Positions 38,541-51,506 of a stretch of 64,000 bases of DNA are shown here, one piece after another. A program made the translations under genes and the position numbers. A model generated the notes under the pieces. The model was not told the DNA's origin and searched no databases. It was given only the letters and a program-made list of their open reading frames with translations. This DNA comes from Octopus sinensis. Its lineage: Eukaryota. Numbering within the stretch: position 1 is the first letter of the stretch; each line of letters begins with the position of its first letter. The stretch is from contig NC_043018.1 in NCBI RefSeq assembly GCF_006345805.1, positions 11,470,001 to 11,534,000 of the forward strand, written 5' to 3'.

Positions 38541-39847
38541 CCGCTAAGCATTTCACCTGGCATGCTAACGATTCTGCCAGTTCGCCGCTCAGCATTTCAC
38601 CTGGCATGCTAACGATTCTGCCAGTTCGCCGCTAAGCATTTCACCTGGCATGCTAACGATTCTGCCAGTTCGCCGCTCAGCATTTCACCTGGCATGCTAA
38701 CGATTCTGCCAGTTCGCCGCTCAGCATTTCACCTGGCATGCTAACGATTCTGCCAGTTCGCCGCTAAGCATTTCACCTGGCATGCTAACGATTCTGCCAG
38801 TTCGCCGCTCAGCATTTCACCTGGCATGCTAACGATTCTGCCAGTTCGCCACTAAGCATTTCACCTGGCATGCTAACGATTCTGCCAGTTCGCCGCTCAG
38901 CATTTCACCTGGCATGCTAACGATTCTGCCAGTTCGCCACTAAGCATTTCACCTGGCATGCTAACGATTCTGCCAGTTCGCCGCTCAGCATTTCACCTGG
39001 CATGCTAACGATTCTGCCAGTTCGCCGCTCAGCATTTCACCTGGCATGCTAACGATTCTGCCAGTTCGCCGCTAAGCATTTCACCTGGCATGCTAACGAT
39101 TCTGCCAGTTCGCCGCTCAGCATTTCACCTGGCATGCTAACGATTCTGCCAGTTCGCCACTAAGCATTCACCTGGCATGCTAACGATTCGCCAGTTCGCC
39201 GCTCAGCATTTCACCTGGCATGCTACGATTCTGCCAGTTCGCCGCTCAGCATTTCACTGGCATGCTAACGATTCTGCCAGTTCGCCGCTAAGCATTTCAC
39301 TGGCATGCTAACGATTCTGCCAGTTCGCCGCTCAGCATTTCACTGGCATGCTAACGATTCTGCCAGTTCGCCACTAAGCATTTCACCTGGCATGCTAACG
39401 ATTCTGCCAGTTCGCCGCTCAGCATTTCACCTGGCATGCAACGATTCTGCCAGTTCGCCGCTCAGCATTTCACTGGCATGCTAACGATTCTGCCAGTTCG
39501 CCGCTCAGCATTTCACCTGGATGCTAACGATTCTGCCAGTTCGCCGCTCAGCATTTCACCTGGCATGCTAACGATTCTGCCAGTTCGCCGCTCAGCATTT
39601 CACCTGGCATGCTAACGATTCTGCCAGTTCGCCGCTAAGCATTTCACCTGGCATGCTAACGATTCTGCCAGTTCGCCGCTCAGCATTTCACCTGGCATGC
39701 TAACGATTCTGCCAGTTCGCCGCTAAGCATTTCACCTGGCATGCTAACGATTCTGCCAGTTCGCCGCTAAGCATTTCACCTGGCATGCTAACGATTCTGC
39801 CAGTTCGCCACTAAGCATTTCACCTGGCATGCTAACGATTCTGCCAG
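38541..39847 (-). repeat. 44-bp tandem array (~30 copies) derived from a SINE tRNA head
   Basis: unit CCGCTCAGCATTTCACCTGGCATGCTAACGATTCTGCCAGTTCG, embedded in a family C SINE. Confidence 0.95.
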
Positions 39848-39864
39848 CTTGCCACCTTAGTGTG

Positions 39865-40480
39865 TTAATAATGAGCCTCCAAGTATAAATTTCTACTGAG
39901 CTTCATTTTAATACATACTACTACTCAGTCTTACCTGAGTATGTATAATTAATGAGCCTCATTTGAGTATGTAGTACTAATAAATCTCAGAAAATGTACT
40001 CCTACTGGGACTCAATGGAGACATACTACTAATGAGTTTCACCTGAGTATATATTATTCATGAGTCTCTGAGAAAATACTACTAATGAGCCTCACCTGAG
40101 CATCTGCTGTTACTCTTAATAAGTCTCACATGAGTGCATATTCTAAATGAGTATGCACCATTAATGAATCTGTATGCAATATTGAACCTCATTGTGTATT
40201 TACTACCAATGAGCCTCTGGGCATTGTTAATGAGCCTCACCTGAGTATTTACTGATAATTTCACCCAAGTGTTTTTAATGAGCCTCAACTGAGTATGACT
40301 GTCTGCTAAGCTTATACTAGTGAACATCACTCAAATATGTATTGATTATTAATGAGCCACACCTGAATGAGTTTGCACTATTACTGAGCTTCAAGTGAGT
40401 ATGTACTACCTGTGAGTCTCACTTGATTTGTACTCACTGCTGAGTGTCTCATCTCATTACACACTGCAAATGAGTTTCAG
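39865..40480. repeat. old degenerate minisatellite (AATGAGCCTCACCTGAGTAT-like), also at ~38250-38370
   Basis: recurring TAATGAG..TCA..TGAGT motif at ~30-bp spacing on both sides of the SINE. Confidence 0.7.
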
Positions 40481-40672
40481 CTGCACCTGGTGCAGATACT
40501 GGCAGCAAGCCTCATGTGAGGACATGCAAGAGGAGCAAAGTCTACGGCCTTTGGAAGGGTTTCATTTATTTGTCACCAAGGCAAAGGATGAGGGGGACAA
40601 TACAAAGACAGGCATAAAATGTTAACGAAATGATAAAATAAAAATAATAAAAAATTAAAGTAAGTATACATA

Positions 40673-41075
40673 GGCGCAGGAGTGGCTGTGTGGTAAGTAG
40701 CTTGCTTACCAACCACATGGTTCTGGGTTCAGTCCCACTGCGTGGCACCTTGGGCAAGTGTCTTCTACTATGGCCTCAGGCCGACCAAAGCCTTGCAAGT
40801 GAATTTGGTAGACAGAAGCTGAAAGAAGCACGTCGTATATATGTATATGTATATATGTGTGTGTGTTTGTGTGTCTATGTTTGTCCCTTCAACATCGCTT
40901 GACAACCGATGCTGGTGTGTTTACATCCCCATAACTTAGCAGTTCAACAAAAGAGACCGATGGAATAAGAACTAGGCTTACAAAGAATAAGTCCTGGGGT
41001 TGATTTGCTCGACTAAAGGCGGTGCTCCAGCATGGCCAGTCAAATGACTGAAACAAGTAAAAGAGTAAAGAGAGA
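40673..41075 (+). mobile_element. full-length tRNA-derived SINE, family A (also 54720-55125, 26875-27130 and many partial copies)
   Basis: A box TGGCTGTGTGG, B box GGTTCAGTCCC, CORE-like CCTTGGGCAAGT, internal TA/TG microsatellite, (GAGTAAAA) tail. Confidence 0.9.
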
Positions 41076-41526
41076 GTATGGTATACAATGAAAAGGAAAG
41101 GACTTATACATAGTACACAAAAGAAAAAAAAAGAAAAACAATGGTAAGAGAACTGATGACAACAAAATATATATATCACTGCTGCAAAATAATATAAAGA
41201 AAGTAAAATCAAGTTGAAGATGCAAGCATATATATCTAAACGTGTAGTGATTCTTGAAACCAACAATGTTGTTGCATTCCAGTTTTGTTGACACATTCAC
41301 CCTAAATATCTTCCAAGTCAAATTTTCTTCCATCTCCCCCACCTAAACTACAGATTTGGCAAAGTTACAAATCTACAAATTACTTATGCTTGGTTCTTTT
41401 ACAAAGCCAGCAAATTGAATTGGACAATGCCACCAACAGAAAAGAAAGTGGTCACGACCAGAAAGTGACTGGCTGGCTCAGAGATAAAATCAGACAAAAT
41501 GCTGCACCAGAATTTATTAGAACAGA

Positions 41527-41529
<3 letters not shown>

Positions 41530-41577
<48 letters not shown>

Positions 41578-41588
41578 GTATATGTATG

Positions 41589-41631
<43 letters not shown>

Positions 41632-41654
41632 GTATATGTATATGTATATATATA

Positions 41655-41716
<62 letters not shown>

Positions 41717-41923
41717 CATATATATATATATATCTATATATATATATTACATAATATATATATATATATACATATATACATATATATACATATATATACA
41801 TATATATATTATATATATACATATATATATATACATATATATACATATATATATATATTATATATATATATATACATATTATATATACATATATACATAT
41901 ATATTATATACATATATATATAC

Positions 41924-41956
<33 letters not shown>

Positions 41957-41997
41957 CATATATATACACATATAATATATTATATATACATATATAT
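41530..41997. repeat. long (TA)n-based microsatellite
   Basis: directly visible. Confidence 0.95.
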
Positions 41998-43710
41998 GAT
42001 TGATTGATTGATTGATTGATTGATTCTAGTTTCAGCTTATGAGCTGTGGCCGCCTGGGGCAAACCGCCATTTGGTGTTGCTACTGCTATTGTTTCACTTC
42101 ATGGAGGTTTTCTAGCAACTGCTATTTTGGTGCATGAGAGAGTTCGATGCGCTGCGCCCTCATCTATCTGCCCCTCCTGCCGTGAAGTTGGTTCCATCTG
42201 GGACCCTGAACAGGAAGAGATCCAGCTTCATTTTAAAGACATCTGTATCCACCCCATGCAGGTCTCTCAGGTTTCTTCGGGATGATATTGGACGAGCTGT
42301 GGGCCTCGGAAACCAGGCTATCATATCACAGAATCTTGTCCTACATCTTGATGGCAGGTTTGGAGTCTAGGCACCACGCAGTGGCGCCCAGTTTTGGCAT
42401 TTGCGTAACTCTCGATGCCAAAGTTCAGGACACTTCCCTCCAGGATCTTCCGATGTATATTATGGCATATCTTTCCCGCCTACGCTCCAGGGAATATATT
42501 TTAATCTCTTGAGTCTTCCCAGTAGCTTACATTCTGCATAGAGGCTATCTTCTTTGTGTAGCTTCGTTGGATCGCCTCAAGTTCTGTGATCAACTTGACA
42601 CTGGATGGTGACCATAGCTGAGAGCAATAGTCAAGTGGCTTAGGACAAGTGTCTCCAGAGGACCATCATGGTTTCTTGTTCTCTTGTTCTAAAGGTTCTA
42701 AGACCCTCCAGCCAGCCGTCTACATTTCATTGTCAGTTTAGCACATGTACATGAAAGGTCGCGTCATCACTCATGTGAATACCCAGGTCACGCACTGATT
42801 GTGCCTCTGGATTGCAATCCCTCCGTCCATGTATTCATTGGGTATTGCATTCAGTTTTGCATGCTGATAGTATAAGCTTGAAACTTTCAGCATTGAACTG
42901 CATGCTATTCTTTTCAGCCCACTTGTATATTTCGTCCAGCTCACATTGCAGGTGTTTATGTCCTCAGGGTTCTGTTTGCCTGTGAAACTTTTGTATCATC
43001 TGCATAACTTGTGATCGTGGCTCTCTGCGTGGCTGAGGGCATGTCTGAGAGGGCCATTATGAACAGTAGTGGTCCCAGAACAGTGCCCTGCGGAACACCG
43101 CTCACTATTTGTGTTAATGGAGGTGGCCCCATTGGCTACTACCACCTGACTTCTATCCTTCAGAAAGTCATGAAGCCATTCTCCCAGTTTTCCCAACTAT
43201 GTTGAATCACGCAGTTTGTGGACATATCATTCCATGATCGACTTTCAAAGGCCTTTGCAAAGTCGAGATATATCACTTTCCACATTTGAGTGGTTTAGCA
43301 GCCGTTTTTTCAGCACCCAGTCATAGTGTTGTAGGAGCTGAGTTTAAACAGCTTCTTCCCTGGTCGGAAACCATGTTGGGTGTCGGGCAGCAAGTCATTC
43401 TCTTCAAGGAAGGTGATCAGCTTCCTTCTGACTATTCGTTCCATGACCTTGCTGATGTGTGAGGTCAGAGAGATAGGTCTATAGTTCTTGGCTTCCGCTC
43501 TGCTACCTCCTTATGATTGGGGCATATTTTATACCTTCCTTCAGTTTTCTGGAAGTTTGCCAGCTGCAAGGAAGCTCTGAAAGAGGAACTGCAGTGGTCT
43601 TGCTAGGACTCTCTTACATGCTTTTAGGAGGATTGCCGGGAATCCATCGGGGCCAGTAGCTGAGTCTGTTTTCATTTCATCTATAGCCTTGGTTACATCA
43701 TCGTCTTCCT
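41998..43710 (-). mobile_element. 5'-truncated CR1-clade LINE (complete RT domain, frameshifted) with (TCAA)n tail
   Basis: SATGPDGFP, NYRPISLTSHISKVME, QHGFRPG, YLDFAKAF, GVPQGTVLGPLLF, SYADDTK read across frames. Confidence 0.93.
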
Positions 43711-43721
43711 TATATATATAT

Positions 43722-43753
<32 letters not shown>

Positions 43754-43769
43754 ATAATATATATATATC

Positions 43770-43809
<40 letters not shown>

Positions 43810-43827
43810 CATATATATATATACAAT

Positions 43828-43867
<40 letters not shown>

Positions 43868-44140
43868 TTACATATATACATAACATATATATATATATAT
43901 ATATATCATATATATCTATATAACATATATACATATATCATATATAATATCATACATACATATCTATATACATATATATAATATATATATAAATATATCT
44001 ATACAAGATACATATATACATATATATATTATATATAATATCTATATATATCTATACATATATACATATATCCATATATATATACATATTAACAATATAC
44101 ATATACATATATATATATATACTATCTATATTATATATAC

Positions 44141-44172
<32 letters not shown>

Positions 44173-44641
44173 ATATATATATACATATATATCATTAACA
44201 TATATATATATATACATATACATATATATATATATTATATATATATACCATATATACATATATATATATACATATACATATATCCATATATATATTACAT
44301 ATACAATATATAATATATTATATATACATATATATACGTATATTTATATACAGTATATAATATATATAATATACAAATATATATATATAATATATATTAT
44401 ATATAGTATAACATATTATCAATATATATACATCTATATATATATATATATACATCTATATATATATATATAATATATATATATACATATATATAAATAT
44501 ATAGGGGTATCATACATATATAATATATACATAATAATATATATATATATATACATACATATATATAATATATACCTCCCTATATATATATCTATACATA
44601 CCTATATATATATATATACATACATCTCTATATTCTATACA

Positions 44642-44675
<34 letters not shown>

Positions 44676-44950
44676 CATATATATATATACTTATTATACC
44701 TATACATATATATATATACATCTACATATCGATATCTATATCCATATATACTATATATAGACATATATATATATATATACTATATATATATATTATATAT
44801 CTATATATATAACATATACCATATATATATATATACATATAATATAATATACATATATCATATCTATTCTACATAATATATATTATATAATATATCTAAT
44901 ATAATATATATATATATTATATATATAGTATATATATATTATATATATAT
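43711..44950. repeat. ~1.2-kb degenerate (TA)n/(TACA)n tract
   Basis: directly visible. Confidence 0.95.
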
Positions 44951-45689
44951 CATCATAGTCGTTTAACGTCCCGTTCTTCTCCATGCTACATGGGTTTTTG
45001 GTGGCTCGCCCGGGGTTCTGGGAAGCCAGAAGGCTGCACAGGCTCCAGTCTAATCTGGCAATGTTTCTCACAGCTGGATGTCCTTCCTACGCCAACCACT
45101 CCTTGAGTGTAGTGGGTGCTTTTTATGTGCAAACCTGCACAGTGCCAGGCGGGCTGGCACGGCCACGTCAGATTGGTGTATTTTATGACCACGCGGCATG
45201 GAAGCCAGTCGAGGCGGTGCTGGCTTCGGCCCACGAGTCGGATAGTGCTTTTTAGTACCACCAGACCAGGGATCCTGGCTGGTTCAATTCGATTTCGATT
45301 CGCTTGCCCCAACATGTCTTCACAAGCAAAGAGGTTGGCATGGGTGCCTGTCTTACGGTCGCATTGGATAGTTTTTTACGTGCCATGGCCACGAGTCGGA
45401 TAGTGCTTTTTACGTACCACCAGACCAGGGATCCTGGCTGGTTCATTTCGTTTCAATTTCACTTGCCCCAATGTCGTCACAAGCAAAGGGGTTGGCATGG
45501 TGTCCTTATCGTACGGTCCGCATTGGAGTATTTTACGTGCCACTGGCCACGAGTCGGATAGTGCTTTTTACGTACCAGACCAGGCCCAGGGACCTGGCTG
45601 GTTCAATTCGGTTTCGATTTCGATTTCGCTTGCCCCCAACATGTCCTTCGCAAGCATGGGGGGTTGGCATGGGTGTCTGACTGGTCACC

Positions 45690-46053
45690 TAGATAACGGA
45701 AGCTATCAACTACTTCTAGTTTTTTTCCCCTGGAAAGTGACGGAAGTTGTTTTCTGCAGATTTTCGGAGGTTAATGCCCCGAGCATCTGCCACATACAAA
45801 ACTATCTTCCCAGTTAGCCTAACCTTTGACATTTGCTGCACCTCTTATGTTCCATAGCTTACACTGGGTACATCTTATAGAGTTTTCTACCTACTACCTT
45901 TTTCTACAGATCGAGCAGGGCCATCTTCCTGAAGATATTTGTGAATTGTCTGACCTTTCTACTTATTAGTACTTTGGTTTTAGCTAGGTTGACTCTAAGG
46001 CCCCTTGATTCTAAACCCTCCTTCCACACCTGGAACTTCTCCTCCAGTTCTGA
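45690..46053 (-). mobile_element. RTE LINE ORF2 fragment (post-YADD region followed by a decayed Cys-rich segment)
   Basis: ELEEKFQVWKEGLESRGLRVNLAKTKVL followed by frameshifted WPCSICRK...HKRCS. Confidence 0.75.
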
Positions 46054-46812
46054 TATATATATATATATAGATATATATATATAATATATCTATATATATA
46101 TATATATATTATGAAATTGAGATAATCAAGAAGAGAAACAAGAAGACACAGTTTAGTACCTCAATGTCTGTAGGCAAGTACTGTTTCTTAAAAATATACT
46201 AAATAAATAATTACATTGGTTGAATGATTAAAAACACACCTTGGCCAAATATTATTCACACATTCTTAATGTTCTTCTTTCTTTGGGACAGAATACTAGG
46301 AAATACTTTGTTTTAAACTGTGTTCACGAAATGGCTATCTATGTATATTGCTTACATAATAACACCTGCTCACAAATATGAAAACGTATGTATGTATTTC
46401 TTTATTTGTTTTAGTTATTGAACTGAGTCCATGCTGGAGTATGTAATCATTCTATCAGTCTCTTTTGCTAAGCTACTAAATTACAAGGATGTAAACAAAG
46501 TAACACCAGTCGTCAAGTGATGGTGGCGGTATCTTATATATATATATAAATACATGTATATATATATGAGATGATGATGATGATGATGGTAAGAATATTT
46601 TTCAATTCAGGCACAAGGGTATCTGAAATGGAGTTGAATTTTACCCTGCTGAAGTAGCACCAGTAATTAACATGAAAATGCACACCAAGATGCATAATTT
46701 GCAGTGTGCATTACCTTGCAGTAGAAACACCAGTAGCACTACCAAAAAAAGATGTGTTAACTGTATAATAAAACTGGGATAGGTAAATCTCTGTTCTCCT
46801 GATTTTTATTAA

Positions 46813-46869
<57 letters not shown>

Positions 46870-49680
46870 GCTTCTTTCAGTTTCCATCTACAAAATCCAC
46901 TCACAAGGCTATGGTCAGCCTGAGGCCATATAGAAGACACTTGCCAAAGGTGCCACACAGTAGGACAAACCTCATCTTTTTTGACATCTTCTATCTTCAT
47001 TTTAATTATTTGCAATTCCCATTTCGGGACATCATCTATTTCATTCTGTTTTGCTTACTCCCTTTTACATTAAGTTTTTATTCCTTTCATGTATTGTTTA
47101 TATTTATTTCTCTTCTAAGGTCAACGTTAATTGGTAGCCAATTATATTCCCTTATTCATCATCATCATCATCGTTTAACGTCCATTGTCCATGCTGACAT
47201 GGGTTGGACAGTTTGACCAGGGCTAGTAAGCTGGAAGGCTGCACCAGACTCCAGTCTGATTTGGCATGGTTTCCTATGGCTGGATGCCCTTCCTAATACC
47301 AAACACTCTGAGGGTGTAATGGGTGCAATTATGTGCCACTGGCATGGGTGCCATTTGTGTGACACGGGTGTGTTTTCGTGCCACCAGCACAAGTGTCAAT
47401 TCGTGTGACACTGGTATCTGCCACGACTGCAATTGTGCTTGGCTTGATGGGTCTTCTTCTCAAGCATTACAGAATGCCAAAGATCTTGGTCATTGCCGCT
47501 GTGAGGCCCAACACTCAAACGGAACTCAGCCTCCATGAGGCCCAATACTCAAAAGGTGTTCTTCACATGCCACCAGCATGGGTGCACTTGGTTTGACGGG
47601 TCCTTTCTAGCACAGCACATTGCCAAAGGTCTCAGTCATTAGTCATTGCCTCTGTGAGGCTCAAAGTTCGAAGATCATGCTTCACCACTTCGTTCCATGT
47701 CTTCCTGGGTTTAACTCCACCATAGGTCCACTTTTCAAGTCAAAGGTGGATTTTATTCATGGCAGACATAATGATGGTGATGTTGGTGGTGGTGGTGGTG
47801 GTGGTGGTGGTGGTGGTGTTGGTGGTGGTGGTGATGATAGATATCATGATCGTAATGATGGCAACAATAAAGATCACAAAGATGATATTGAGACTATGAT
47901 ACTGAAGACTACAGCAACGATAATGACTATGATGCTGATGACAATAACGAGAATGATGACAAAAATGAAGATGACAAATTACTACTACAATGATGGTGAT
48001 GATGATGATGACAATGATTATGAAGATATTGATATGTATGATAATGATAAGGACAACGATGATGAAGACAATACTGATATCAATAACAAGGATGATGACG
48101 ACGACGATGATGATGATGATGATGACGATGACGACAGTGGTGATGGTTATGTTCTAAAGAGCACTAACAGTACCAACTGGTGTTTTGTTGTTCAAGTACT
48201 TACATAATAATAGCCTAACTCCAATAGAATGTAGAATTCTGAGTCATATTAGCATTGAACAAATGATATTTAGTGACAAAAGAGGTGTGAACACTGAAGT
48301 CTCAGAGGATGATGATTTCAGAGGAATGTGAAGTGAGAGATATATGTCCTGAATTTAAAGACTAATAGAGAATGCGGATGTATTTAGAAGATTAAGGGAG
48401 GTGGGATTAACCATATAATGTCTTTGCTGCTGTTATCTGAGTAAGACTAATAAGTCACACTTAGAGCAAATATCTCTCTTCACAGAGAAGTTTTAGGGTA
48501 GTGTGCAGCCTGGAGAACAGATTTGGACTTTAGATAAAGGGTAAGTGATTATACCTGGTTAGCAGAGATTTAAGATAAGGATTAAGAGATTATGCCTGGG
48601 CAGCAGAGATGGGCTTTAGATAAAGGGAAAGAGATTTGTGTCTCAGAGAAGAATAGTATGTATGGTTTGTGTGTGAGTAGTAAGTGATATGTAAGGTCTG
48701 AGTTTGATAATGTCCAAGGATATTAAGGCAAAATAGTAACTTCTGTCATTTATGTAACTGATCTTTTTTTTTTCTTTTTTGGCAGTTTATATTTTATCAT
48801 TTCATTCTGTGCCACACACTAAGCTGCTTTAAACAGTTTCAGAGTATCCTAATTTTTTCTTGCAAAGGGATTACTAGCCCCTTAACTTTTTTCAATATCT
48901 GGACAAAGAGACACTATGAGTAGAGTGAAAGGCAGCTAATTCCAAGAAGAGAAAAATTTACCCCAGTATTAGACTGATACTTTATTACTTCACCCTTGAA
49001 GGATAAAAGGTAAACGTGACCCCAGCAGAATTTGAACACAAAGGCTAGAGATGGAACAAATACCACAATGCTCTACTTACTTAAATCTGCTACCATAAAT
49101 CACTCATTTATTCATTCTTTACTCATATTCTTTTTATGACAAATCTATAGGTGAATGAACTACTGGTTTCAAATTTTGATACAGGGCCAGTAATTTCGGG
49201 GGAGGGGTACGTCAATTACATCAACTCCCGTACTCAATTGGTATGTATTTTATCTACCCCAAAAAGGATGAAAGGCAAAGTTGACTTTGGCAGAATTTAA
49301 ACTCAGAAAGGATGGACAAAATGCCACTAAGCATTTTGGCCAGTACATAAATACATATATAAAGAAAAATTATTCTTTTACATCATACCAAAATAACCAA
49401 AACTGTGCATGCGTATACATACAGAATGCTATGAACTCTGGACTTAGTATATGTACACTTTCATGTGGATATGTGTATGTATATTCTAGTATATTGATTT
49501 GACTAACTGTAACCGTATGTGTATGTATATTATTATGTATATACTTATATATATGTATATGCAGGTGTATATACACTTATATATATGTATACGTACTTAT
49601 TCTTGTATATGTGTACCTTCTCTAATATTCATATTTGTACCTTATATCTTCATTTTATACCTCTGTAATTGTACTTTATA

Positions 49681-49807
49681 ATCTCTGACGAGGCCTTGGG
49701 ATATATATATAAGCAGCTCATTTATAACGGCATATTACCTTTATACACCTGACTAATATGAGCATAATGAGTTACTCTTATCTACATGGCTGAAACAGCT
49801 GTAAGAT
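49681..49807 (+). ncRNA. type I hammerhead motif, intact core, extended stem II
   Basis: ATCT-CTGACGA-GGCCTTG...(long loop)...CATGGCT-GAAA-CAGCTG-TA-AGAT. Confidence 0.72.
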
Positions 49808-50171
49808 CCATTTTATATCTATATTTATTATTATGTATTGTTATGGTATTATCTTACTCATTGATGTGTACTGTTTTATTCTGTATTATTCTGTTTGATC
49901 TGGATGTTCCTAAATAATTAGTTAATAAATTATATGAATTGGTATTATTTAGTAGTTGATGATTGATTAAAATCTATTCCTCCATTTTCTTATTTTGTAT
50001 TATGAATTTGAGGTAAAACATTTTACCTTCGCCCATATAATACAATAAATGAATTAATTGCATTGCAATTCTTAGCATTTATGTATTAGCATTTCTGGGT
50101 ACTTTACTGGCAGCATATTGGATAAATGTTATCCCATAGTAGGTTACACTCACAACCCCTATCTCACTTTG

Positions 50172-50235
<64 letters not shown>

Positions 50236-50341
50236 ATACACATATAATAATAATATTAGGGAGTAAATCCAAACTTACAGGGAAAAATTAGATTTAGGAT
50301 TAAATCTAATTTTATAGTATAAATATATATATATTTTTTAT

Positions 50342-50521
50342 ATTAAATTGGAGATAAAAGCACTATTAGGCAAATCAAACAGTGAAAATCATAAACCAAT
50401 ACATAGAAATAAAATTAATTAATAAAAAATATATAAAATATAAAATTCAAAATTTAAATTATTTAAATTAAAAGTTAAAATTTAAAAAAATATTCAAATT
50501 AATAATTCATACTTATAAATT

Positions 50522-50588
<67 letters not shown>

Positions 50589-51475
50589 TATTGTTATTAT
50601 TATTATTATTATTATTTTTTAAATATATATAACTATCAAAAAGTATTAAAAGTTTAATATAAGATAAAGAGTAAAACCACTACGATCGTTTCATGCCCAT
50701 AAACCAATTCGAATAACAATAATTTAAATTCAATTAATAATTCAAATAATGGTTATAATCAATCTTCAGGTTAATTATATTATTTAAATAAATAATCAGA
50801 AATATTTAAACAATATTTTTTTAAGAAATAAATAAAATAATAATTTTTCTTATAAAAAAACTCTATTATCAAACTAGAAACTTAACAATTATGATTATGT
50901 GATACAATCGATTATAATGTTAAATATTAATTTTTAAGGTAAAAAACCCACAAATAATCTAATATCAGTTATAGTCAATATCTAATTACATACATATTTT
51001 ACAAAATATTCATATTATTAAATATAATTTCAAGTCAATTAATTATATAATATTTGAATAATAAATAAATTATCAATGAAAATATATAAATGTATATAAA
51101 TATTAGAATTAAGATCTAAAATTATCTCTATCAATAAATATATATGCATGTATAATAAAGACCTAATAAATTAATTATTCATTATTACTTATAAAAATAT
51201 TAAAAGATTAAAAGATTAAAGATGAAATAGCTAATTGTAAAAAAACAAACAATCTTAAACGAACGCTATAACAAATTAACGTACTATATATCTCTTTGGC
51301 TAACTAATAATATAGAGTTTGGTAAGTTTTAATTTTCAAAGTATAGAAAATTCTTTTATATTGATAACTTATTCTATTATAGAACAACGTATTTGATCTA
51401 TCGATATATTAATTTACCTATTTAATTAGATTAATTTATTATTGATTAGTATCTATTTTGAGTATTAATAATATG

Positions 51476-51506
<31 letters not shown>

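Noticed and set aside
38541-39847. CRISPR-like regular array
   Set aside because: Head-to-tail units with no unique spacers, no cas genes, eukaryotic context; the unit is a SINE fragment.
40673-40750. tRNA genes
   Set aside because: The A/B boxes belong to SINE heads; no complete cloverleaf was found.
41399-41975. long YI-repeat, poly-H/V/D and similar ORFs (also 37324-38052, 47620-48207, 55365-55749)
   Set aside because: Translations of microsatellites; no coding evidence.
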